DNA of 20,637 nucleotides from Trichoplax sp. H2. Taxonomy: Eukaryota. The notes under the pieces were generated by a model. It was not told where the DNA came from, ran no database searches, and saw only the letters and a program-made list of their open reading frames with translations. Shown here piece by piece: positions 10,016 through 20,637 of the stretch. The stretch is taken from the NCBI GenBank assembly GCA_003344405.1, contig NOWV01000134.1, forward strand, positions 186,001-206,637, given 5' to 3'. Position 1 is the stretch's first letter; each line of letters opens with the position of its first letter. Position numbers and translations under genes: made by a program.

Positions 10016-11313
10016 TTATACCTCAGTGATATCATTTTCGCCTTTGTCATGGTTTTTACCACTAGCTGTAGCAGATTTACTCTTTTGTACATTGAGCAAT
10101 GCTCGCCTACGTTTAGATAAGTTTTCAATTCAAATTTTAATGCACAGCATATAAGAAAATCGATGAAAAATATTTAACAACATCTCATATTAACATCAAA
10201 TTAAGTTCACAAATTTTATTATTATTAAGCACTATCTGCTAATTAACTATAGCACTTAAAATAGAGTAGTCTATAATTAACAATGTTCTGTCAGATCCCA
10301 TACTCTTTCATTTTTCGCTGCCTTTTAACTAGTTTAATATCAAGATTTTCTTTTGATCTTCCATTCTGTTAATAATAAAAGGTAACAACTCAAATAAATC
10401 TAAGTTCAATTACTTCATTGAATAATGATTTTTAGGTTAAAATTTTACTCTTGAAGTGAGACTATTTTAGCTCAGGCTATTGCTGCATTTTAATCACAGA
10501 TATATTAAATGTTTTGTAAGACAAGAACTGATTGAATTTCTTCGAAATCTACTTACGCTGTAGTCTGCTAAGAATACATTCCTAAAACCGAATATAATGG
10601 CTATGAATAATCCCTAATTCAGAAAAAATCATTATTATACTTCGATATGTTATAAAAAAAATTTGAAGACTATACCTTCATGTAAAACTAACATGTTAAA
10701 TAGGTAAATTTTTGTTACCTGCAACAAAATGCATATCGCAAAAATGTATTGCGCGACCAAAGAATCCAATGTGGTAAAGATCAGAAAACATATCCACACA
10801 GGAAATGAAAATGCAAATAATATTATTCCATTTTCCGTTTCTTGTCTACGAATTTAGAAGCACAATTAGTTACAGAATCTGAAATAGTGTGTTGGCTTTG
10901 TAGCAATAATTAAAAATTTGAAAGATCTATCGTCCTATAAAGATTACATTTTTATACTTTATGTCTACTATTCTTAAGTAGAGAAATGTGCACTTCTTAA
11001 TTTATAGTCAACTCTATCCAAACTAACCTAATCGTATTGAAATACCGATCGTTGTCTTTCTTCGTAGTAATTGGCCTGTTTTTAATCTTGATATAGGAGC
11101 AGGCGATTAAAACACAATTTCCCTGTCCAATTCGAATGTCGAAAAAATAAATGTTAATACTTCATATTCTGAAACAGATACTACAAAGTAACTTTCAAGT
11201 AACTTATACCAATTTTATCGCAGTTGAATGACTTTATGGTTGCAAGTAGAAGCAGTAAAATATAGATACTAATTCACTTTTATGATGTAACTAAGATGTA
11301 ACTAACCAAGCCT
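10016..11313 (-). CDS. Duplicate (probably allelic) 3' part of the adhesion GPCR gene, end of TM5 to C-terminus
   Basis: Exons 11307-11313 (gap-truncated), 11046-11122, 10719-10845, 10557-10613, 10304-10365, 10016-10106. Splice sites and frame are intact; ends NDITEV*. Confidence 0.8.
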
Positions 11314-11333
11314 NNNNNNNNNNNNNNNNNNNN
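11314..11333. other. Assembly gap (20 N)
   Basis: Run of 20 N at the junction of the 4.5-kb duplication. Confidence 0.99.
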
Positions 11334-14300
11334 GTTTAATCATGAAACTATATCCCCATTATATTAATGATACTTTGCCGATAAACTGTACTACTGTATA
11401 CTACTATAAAATGAGTATTAATATGGTAATGGCATTGTATCAGTATACTATAACTACATCTACAATGTACTAGTAACTGATTGTTAGATTGTAGACTAGC
11501 AACTATACTTCCAGGAAACTATCTCTCTTTATTAATTCTTCCAATGTCTTATATATCTATTCTTATCTGATACGCAACCAAACTCGTACCGTACAGTAAC
11601 CGATAAGAATGAATTTAAAGAATTATGTAATAAGATAATAGGATGCGCTAGTAATAACATAACATAAATCCGTAACACTGATCATTCAGAGTTATCAACA
11701 CGGCAAAACATATCAGTGTATATATATATATATATTATCAAGGTCGAACATATATCTGCCAAAAATTCAATTATTGTGGAATGTGATGAGAGCTATTATT
11801 TCTCTGTTAATTACACCATCATAAAAGGCAGTTTGATATCATTTCAGCGTATTAAATTTATTATACTTATAAACAAATTTTCCAATCGTTCTTCGCCTGA
11901 CTTATCAGCAAATTAAATTGATTACAGTATATAGATCATCTCGTTTGTAGATAGGTCACATATTATTTCGCTTTGGAGTTGATCTATCAGACCTTGAGGC
12001 AGTTAGACTAGGAGTCGGACCGTAAGGGTAACTACTAACCGTCTATAAATAAGGAGACTTGCGGAAAAAGCTGATAAATTGAGATGCATATAAGAGCTAG
12101 TTCAATAACTTTTCTTAAGCGTAAGGTTGCAGTGCTAATCATACACAACACATTTTTCTATAATAAGCGTATGTACACCAAGGCCTTTTATGTAAAAATT
12201 GTAAGTAGTCACAAAGCAGTTAATGTGATACTAATACTGCTTAATTAATACTTAACGAAAGCAGCGAAAATCAAAACAGCTCAGTTTGACTCAGTATTAA
12301 GATGGAAGCTTATTCTATTAGATTACATCAGAGAATTGATCGGAAAATAAGAACCATCTCCGTATAAACAAATTCGATTCCGTAATTAATGAATGATCTA
12401 TTGTTGACGTTAATTTAAGCCCTGGATCATCATCATACTATGAGCAATCGCATGATATTACATCAATTGGTTTATAACTGGCATGTCTAAGTATTACTGC
12501 AACTGTTTTCCATTTAGCTGATAATTAATGAGTCATTCTTGTCAAGTCGCTAATTATTGTAAATATACAATCATGTAATAAACCTAGATCAAGCGTATGA
12601 AATAGCTAGGATAGTTTCGACTAAAAAGATGTGGTGGTATAGAAAAACTCAAATCTATCCTTTTAACTATTTTCCGTTTGGTGGTGGGACAAAAATTGTA
12701 TAGGTAATCGATTAGGATTGCTAGAGCTTAAATTAACTATTGTCATGATATTACAGAAAGTTGAATTGGCCAGTATACAAGAAATAGAAATTCCATTAAA
12801 ATTGAAATCGTTTGCAACTTCATCTTTTAACAATGGAATAAAACTAGGAGTTAAAAACAGATGTTATAATATTCAGATTTTAATAAGTGATAGTTAGACC
12901 TCATTAAGACGAGTATGTGTGCACTGTGTATTGCCAGATCTGTCAATATTCATATGTGGGTAAGGTTCCAATCACTATTGACTAATTTTTGAGTAATCAT
13001 TGAAATTGTACATATATAGATACTTAGAGGAACATATCAAGTTGCATAAGTACGAGTATCTTACACTGGTAGTGATCGATCATCTTGATAATGTTCCGGT
13101 TGTGATAAAGTTACAAAATTTCTAACGCTAATATAAGATGTTTAATTGCTATAAAGTAACTTCATTCTTTCGTAACAAGCTACGTGTTTGAGTTGTCAAT
13201 ATTTTAAATAGCGATTTGAGATGTAGCTTGTTTTATGATTTACTAATATGTTTTCCACTATGGAAGGCTTAAGCCTGTAGTCCATCGAAAATAAATTATC
13301 TTTAAATTAAATCACTTGTTCTAGCTAGCTAGCCATTATTTTGAACGATCTTCGGTTATGTCGAGATATCTTTGCATAGAAGTATGACGCAGTCCTAATT
13401 TAATACTAACTTTAAATATTTTAAAAATAACTAATTATAATATGTCAAGATCTGTGCCTAAAAGATTCTGGCTTAATTAACTACGTCTTTTGTCTATATC
13501 TATCTGTTTAGCTTGTAATTTCACACGGTGTATTCAGATATATCATTTTGATAACAATTATAATTTTCTACCAAAAAATGACAATCACTATTTACTCGAT
13601 ACTAATAATCATATAGCGGGCTATATTGAGTGCAATTGAGCATTATGATGAACATTGCAGCTTATGTTACAAATATCTACAATTGAAATTTATTACGGGT
13701 CAAAATATTATGTTAAATCATCACCAAATGTTGTGCCTTATAGAAACTTCGAGTATATAACAAAAATAAAAATTTTGTGATAATTGTATTGTTAGCAACT
13801 ATAGCAGAAATTAATCACTTTATTTTTGCTTCAGGCATATCCCAATGCCTTTACAAAATTGATGTTACAGTAACTAAATTTTATAACAGTTTCATATGTT
13901 CAGTATCTTAATAAAAGCCAATTTTTTCTATTAATTGCGAATATTATATTCCAACTTAGAGGAGTTAAATATACGAGTAGACTGTATCTAATGATTACCA
14001 ATAATATACACGTATAATACCGTGCCATTATTTTACCCATAATATTTACTACCTGCACTCTAACCATATTTAATAAATTCTATATTTAATTTGCAAAAAA
14101 TCTTTAGTTCCACCATTTAGCTGACAGAGAATAAATTATGAATTGCAAGTTCTAATGAGGGTAATAAAATGGCACTAATTTACGAACAAGAACTTGCTAC
14201 ATAAAGCTTTAATTTCATATTGAATATATGCTTTTTAGAAGATTTAAAAGCATAGACAGGATCAGTTCTACGGCTAATCAAGGCATTCCGTCAATTTGAA

Positions 14301-14525
14301 GCGGTATTCTCCTAAATCAAGAAATAGACTTTGATGATTATTACTTACAGATTTTTGTTGAATGAAATAAATTGTACCCTACCCTAGGTACTACTGTAGA
14401 AATCTAAATTGCTACTTTTATAATACGCGTATTAGTATTGCTAAAAAATTTCTTAAGAAAGCCAATAACTAGATTTTGAAAACTGCTATTAACGATAAGG
14501 GACTTAAATTAAAAGTTGTAGTAAA

Positions 14526-14531
14526 TTTATT
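14526..14531 (-). promoter_or_regulatory. Likely polyadenylation signal of the adhesion GPCR (AATAAA on - strand)
   Basis: tttatt on +, ~37 nt past the TAA stop at 14568-14570; conserved in copy 1 at 9975-9980. Confidence 0.55.
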
Positions 14532-14567
14532 TAATAACTTTGATAATCAATCAAGAAAAACCTATAA

Positions 14568-17500
14568 TTATACCTCAGTGATATCATTTTTGCCTTTGTC
14601 ACGGTTTTTACCACTAGCTGTAGCAGATTTACTCTTTTGTGCATTAAGCAATTCTCGCCTACGTTTAGATAAGTTTTCAATTCAAATTTTAATACACAGC
14701 ATATAAGAAAATCGATGAAAAATATTTAACGACGTCTCATATTAACATTAAATTAAGTTCACAAGTTTTATTATTCTTAAACACTATCTGCTAATTAACT
14801 ATAGCACTTAAAATAGAGTAATCTATAATTAGCAATGTTCTATCTGATCCCATACTCTTTCAGTTTTCGCTGCCTTTTAACTAGTTTAATATCAAGATTT
14901 TCTTTTGATCTTCCATTCTGTTAATAATAAAAGGTAATAACTCAAATAAATCTAAGTTCAATTACTTCATTGAATAATGATTGTTAGTTTAAAATTTTAC
15001 TCTTGAAGTGACACTATTTTAGCTCAGGCTATTGCTGCATTTTAATCACAGATATATTAAATATTTTGTAAAACAAGAACTGATTGAATTTCTTCGAAAT
15101 CTACTTACGCTATAGTTTGCTAAGAATACATTCCTAAAACCGAATATAATGGCTATGAATAATCCCTAATTCAGAAAAAATCATTATTATACTTCGGTAC
15201 GTTGTAAAAAAATTTGAAGACTATGCCTTCATGCAAAACTAAACTGTTAAATTGGTAAATTTTTATTACCTGCAACAAAATGCATATCGCAAAAATGTAT
15301 TGCGCGGCTAAAGAATCCAATGTGGTAAAGACCAGAAAACATATCCACACAGGAAATGAAAATGCAAATAATATTGTTCCATTTTCGGTTTCTTGTCTAC
15401 GAATTTAGAAGCACAATGAGTTGCAGAATCTGAAATAGTGTGTTGGCTTTGTAGCAATAATTAAAAATTTGAAAGATCTATCGTCCTATAAAGATTAAAT
15501 TTTTATACTTTATGTCTACTATTCTTAAGTAGAGAATGTGCACTTTTTAATTTATAGTCAACACTATCCAAACTAACCTAACCGTATTGAAATACCGATC
15601 GTTGTCTTTCTTCGTAGTAATTGGCCTGTTTTTAATCTTGATATAGGAGCAGGCGATTAAAACACAATTTCCCTGTCCAATTCGAATGTCGAAAAAATAA
15701 ATGTTAATACTTCATATTCTGAAACAGATACTACAAATTAACTTTCAAGCAACTTATACCAATTTTATCGCAGTTGACTGACTTTATGGTTGCAAGTAGA
15801 AGCAGTAAAATATAGATACTAATTCACTATTATGATGTAACTAAGATGTAACTAACCAAGCCTAATACGAGGAGCGGTACAAAGCACGTCAAGAGAATTG
15901 GTGGATCATGGCTCAACCAGCAGCTGCAATAAAATATAATCAGTGAGGTATTACAGAATTATCCATATTTCAGCATGTTAGTTTTATTAGCCAATATTTA
16001 ATATTTCTGCATTATATCATATATTTGTTTGCGATTATGAAATGTCTATTTAGAATTTATCATCAAGACTAGAAAAGATACAATACCCATATAGCAACTT
16101 TTCTATGGCTAATTAAAAATTACCGATTTTATGTTTCAAGAAAGATAATTGAAATTTTCTTAAATAACTGAATCGTATTATTTTAATACTATTTTAATTA
16201 AGAATAAATTAGCTTACGCTGTAGGATTTCTGTCTATGTAATCATCAAAGCTCGTCCCCAATATAGTAATTACAGCCGTTAAAAAGGAAATTGAAAACGG
16301 TATGCCTGAAACGTTTGTAACAATTACGTAATTAGTAAAAATTAACCTTTGATATCTTTACTGCAGAGTGCACAAATTTAAAGTAGATTTATGGGAGGTT
16401 TAAGCGTAGGAAATTATTTCAACGTAGTAAAAGTAGCTTTAGATCTATTTTAACGGCTTACCTATGGATAAAATAGCGTATATTTTAAAATTATTTTTGA
16501 CTCGATTTCCTTTTGCTAGCATATATAAAATATGCAGATTGCGGCTTATCATCCACATTAGGGCTGCTAGTATAGTATAATGTAGCAAGACAGCAGTAAA
16601 TCCGCAGAAAAACTGTAGCAATGTAAAAGATTGAATTAGTACTTCACAAAATATAGTTTTATTTTTCATTAAAATAGTGATGGTTAACAGCATTTTGAGA
16701 AATACAATTTCATACGATTAAAAATATTGGCAGTAGCCGTAAGAGAAACCGGAAAATGACTTATAAATATTAGTTGGATTGTCTAAAAGAAGAAAAATCT
16801 ACTATCTAGAAGTATTAATCTGAATTTTGATAAATTACTTAGTGCTTAGTATATTCACTATGGAAGTGTGCTTATTTACATTGAAAGAATAAAAGTACTT
16901 ATAAAAATCTAAAGACTTCGATTCGTTAACTTTATGGTAAATTAAGACAAACAGTGAATACTGAAGCATTATAGCATTCAGTCCAGATTAATATAGATAC
17001 AGTTGTTTACAATTGTAACTTCAATTTGGCTCTTATTTTTTATTAAATTATGTTAGATTTTATTTATGAATCCTAGAGTTTATTAATTATATTTCAGTGG
17101 GCAGATGACATAATATAGATTAATATTTATTTGCATAAGTAGAATTTGATAGAAATAATTGTACATAAAACTCATGTGTGATTTCAGTCTTAATCTGGCT
17201 TAACTACAGCCAAAATTAAAGTTTAACATAATAGAATAACAAACTAGAATATTAAACATATTTTGATCAAGCTTGTATAGTTGTAAAATATTCCAAAATT
17301 AAAAACTAACCTCAGACTCTGTAGAGGCCAATCCAGAAAGTAAACTTATATCCGTGACAAATATGGAGATAAACATTTGCAGATTAATGTGGGAAAGTGT
17401 TCCTTTTACGAGTCTAAAAAAATTATTGAATCATTATCGGTTCGAATCGTGGATTAAGGGACATACCCATACATTAAAAATATCTTTGTGTAGTATATTA

Positions 17501-20369
17501 AAGGAAAATATTAATACTATTATCCTGGTTATAAAGTGGGTATTTTATAGCTACCAAAAATTTTCTGCTAAACACTAGGCAAAGATTATTTCATTATACC
17601 GAATATACTAACACTTAAGTGAAATTTGATATGCTTGGTTATGAAAAATATGCGTATACCTACTTATGAAATTAATAGTTTCTGTACTGCGTCGAATAAT
17701 ACTGTACCGTAACTAATATAGTTTAAATAATTCATTCTTACATACAAGGATTTGGATAAGTATTGCTAATTAGGAAGTAATATGAGCGTTAAAGGATTAA
17801 TCAAAGACGAGAAAAATTAGCCGTTACTAGAATAGGAATTTAATGGAAGTTCTTTTTATAAATTAATTCACGAGATACCCGATATAGTCACGGAAGATTA
17901 CTATCAGGCTAACAAAGTTCTTTCATGCCTTTATATCTTAGCTAAAATATAGCTAGTTGCGAATTTTTTAAATAATAGTGAAGTTGTTCGATTTTAACAT
18001 TTACTCATTTTAAAATAAGCAATTAAAAATAGTTCATATTTTATCTTTTCATTGTTACTTACTGCCAATAATATACATGAACTAGTACAGTAGCAGCAAT
18101 GCAAATAACCGATAGCACACAAGCCACAACAAGGAATGGTTGAAGTTTAATAATCTTGGCCTATAGTAACAACATTTGCATGTGTAATTATATTATCAAT
18201 AAGTAGAAGATATTATTTTTATTTATTACATCGAATATCGTATTTAGGTACATTAATGGCATAATTACTGCAAGATCGAATAATTTACTTATCTGCACTT
18301 GCATTTTTGTTGAAATGCAGGATATAAATTTCTAATCTCCTCAATTACTTAAGAGAACTACGTAAGTCACACGAACTCGGTGGTTTATCATCTATAAACT
18401 TACAGGAACTATCAGCATCAAAGCCGCAATTGTTCCCGTATGATTGCAAATACAGGTGCCATGGGTTATATTACTGCTTACAGACAATCCGCAGCCATTT
18501 AGCGCCCATCCACATGTTCTGTGTTAATTAACGTAAAATGAGTGGAATGACATTGAATATTACATGATGATCGCATAGAATAATTATGACAACTGTGAGT
18601 GATATTATAATTTAAGTAATCGTGAATTCAATTTGTATAGGCTAATAAAACTATATTTCTAATAATACAGTAATAGGTTCACTTTATACATTAAGAGAGA
18701 TTGAAATTTCAAACTAAGAATTTATGTTACATAATTATTACTTTGAATTTGACTTCCAGTACGCGCATACACTTTTAATTGAGAAGTTTTTGTAGCGTAA
18801 TATGGGCTGAAATATAAAATTTATAGAGCTAAATTATTAGCTAGGTAATCATCAAGATGTTAGATAGTAATATTTATTTTAGAATGATTACAAAAATTTT
18901 GAGTTACTACAGGAAGATTGCTAGCAAAGTATACTTTTAAATTTTAAATTTAATTTTATGACAGCTCACATAATTGTAAACAAAGTCGATTTCAATTGGA
19001 TTTGACAGGTTGTTAGAAGATCTTTGATGCAATGCGGTGGTAATAATGTGGGTATTTACAATAATTTTCTCATGGGCAACTAGAAAGTTTCTGAAATTAA
19101 AGATACGATAACTAGGTTTAAATTTCATAAACAGCAGTAAAATTACCATAATCAAAGATTTCAGTTTTAAGCGGCAGCAATTGGTGAAGTGATGAAAGAT
19201 TATAAAATAAATTGATTTATTTTTCTTTATCAATACAAATTCTATTTAAATAACCTAGGAGAAATTAAATTTTATCATAATTATATTTTCTACTGTAACA
19301 TATCGCACCCGTTTTAAGTAGTCGCGAAAATCATAATATCTATATATCACTTTCATGCTTATTAAGTCATGATACTGATACAGTGTCATTTGAGAATTTT
19401 ATGGATGTTATTAATATACTGTATCGACGGTCATAAAAAATAAATTACTTTCTTAAATTGCAAATTAATCGTCTGAATGAGTCTCATTAATTTGTGCTAG
19501 AGAACTTTCATAAAGATTCTATGAAATTATTTATAGTTAATTTTACTAGTTTATGCAATCAAATGTGATACCTCCGTTGAGAAGATAATATGCGGAAAAT
19601 AAATAATTATGTAGATTATACAAGGCGCTGTCAAGCTACCAATAAATGGAAACGTGAAACTTAACTTGGCTAAAGCCAATTGACAGAAAAAATTTAAGTT
19701 TAATTGAATGTGAGCAAATTTCAAGCGCTAAAACTATTAAGTAATGCAATTGCTGTAACGTTGAAGAGCAAGAGCAATTCCCGTATATAATTAAGTAATA
19801 AGAGCTTGCTAGACTAAAATTATTAGTTAGAATTAGTTGATAATCTCTACAGGTAATTTTTAAATGTTATCAGACGGAATAAAACAAACAGTAATTTATG
19901 CTTTAAACTACTCACATATTACCAATCCGACTTGTTGGAATGGATTTATGAAGATTCAAATATGATATTGTAACCCACCTATTAATCACTTCATTGAAAA
20001 AAAACGATTAATTAGAATCTCCTCAGGTAATTAAATATCTTGAAAAAAATATAGCCTAGGCAAAATAACTGTCTCTATGTTCTAATTAGACGCTCAGTAA
20101 AAGTCAAACTAGCATCTGAATAACCATATAAACATCGATATTGTAATCCTTGTTGTTTTTTATAAAAGTTATCTAAAATTATTACATATTATCTTATAAT
20201 TTACGCGTATGTTAATGTGTTGCTATAACAAATCCGTTTTTCTTACTTGGTTCCTTTAAAATATCTTCCACTGGTAATCTTAACTTCGTTTTACTATCAA
20301 ATTCAGTATCAGCCCAAGTAAGAAATTCTTGAGGAACCGTTGAAATATTAATTGCGTGTACTTTTATCG
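14568..20369 (-). CDS. Adhesion G-protein-coupled receptor (GAIN/GPS + secretin-like 7TM), 5'-truncated by the window; 15 exons, ~471 aa visible
   Basis: Phase-consistent GT-AG exons on -: 20247-20369, 19916-19988, 18970-19090, 18742-18806, 18404-18518, 18063-18160, 17311-17413, 16462-16612, 16218-16305, 15857-15923, 15596-15672, 15270-15396, 15109-15165, 14856-14917, 14568-14658. Motifs: GAIN strands WVTISYLNL and VNTHII...NLSNPIEIDF; GPS CAYW..GWALNGC...TCICNHTGTIAALM; TM1 ACVLSVICIAATVLVH; TM2 HINLQMFISIFVTDISLLSG; TM3 CGFTAVLLHYTILAALMWM; TM4 IGIPFSISFL; ECL2 CWL; TM5 FVPLLVLGLGN; TM7 QYIFAICILLQGLFIAIIFGFRN; tail ending ITEV*. Confidence 0.9.
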
Positions 20370-20637
20370 CTTCAAAAAAACCAATAAAGACAAAATATCA
20401 TATAATTTGTATAAAAATATCAACTCGAGGAAGGCATTATTACAACAATTAATTTGAATTGAGCTAGTACAGTACAGATGGATCATTAAATATGTTATAT
20501 TTATTATTGTAACATATTTAGAATAGGTAGCTTACGAAAATATAACATAGCAGAACATTGAAGGATTAAAATTTGGGCATTGTATTACAATCTTAAGACT
20601 ATGATCTTAATAGTTCATTTTCAAATATATATGGTAC

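Larger units (their letters stand above)
6749..15863. repeat. ~4.5-kb direct duplication across an assembly gap: copy 1 6749-11313, copy 2 11334-15863 (probable uncollapsed haplotypes)
   Basis: Copy 2 starts gtttaatcatgaaactatatcc immediately after the gap (matches 6749). Copy 1 ends actaaccaagcct at the gap (matches 15851-15863). The copies are colinear with scattered substitutions and two large indels. Confidence 0.95.

Noticed and set aside
14476..14706. + strand 76-aa ORF
   Set aside because: Antisense shadow of the GPCR last exon; interrupted by a stop in copy 1.
14840..14855. GPCR ending at EYGIR* (copy 2) or EYGI* (copy 1)
   Set aside because: A GA|gtatgg donor joins in phase to the next exon ending ITEV* with a polyA signal; the differing stops are better explained as intronic.
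16716..16782. Extra GPCR exon TIQLIFISHFPVSL...
   Set aside because: Phase incompatible with the main acceptor at 16612; exon 17311-17413 already supplies all of TM2 and joins in phase 0.
19572..19635. Exon-like segment LDSALYNLHNYLFSAYYLLNG on -
   Set aside because: Phases do not fit between 19916-19988 and 18970-19090, which already join in frame.

Overview
AT-rich, intron-dense eukaryotic (animal-like) genomic DNA; a placozoan-like origin is only a guess from composition and the short introns. Two convergent spliced genes can be reconstructed by hand, and most of the supplied ORFs are spurious. (1) A + strand, 9-exon, 254-aa DHRS4-type NADPH short-chain dehydrogenase (2934-6680) ending in the peroxisomal signal SRL; its first intron is built from nested tandem and inverted repeats. 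(2) A - strand adhesion GPCR with 15 exons in the window (20369 to 14568, 5' end outside the window). It encodes GAIN/GPS-7TM with a non-canonical H-T-G GPS and a C-terminal TEV PDZ ligand. Two 20-N gaps each separate near-identical duplicated blocks (6021-6168 vs 6504-6651; 6749-11313 vs 11334-15863), most likely uncollapsed haplotypes. Comparing the copies reveals a polymorphic ~561-bp solo-LTR-like element rich in palindromes, a ~557-bp indel, loss of both DHRS4 polyA hexamers in one copy, and 9 amino-acid versus 4 silent differences in the GPCR. No prokaryote-type system (CRISPR etc.) is supported.
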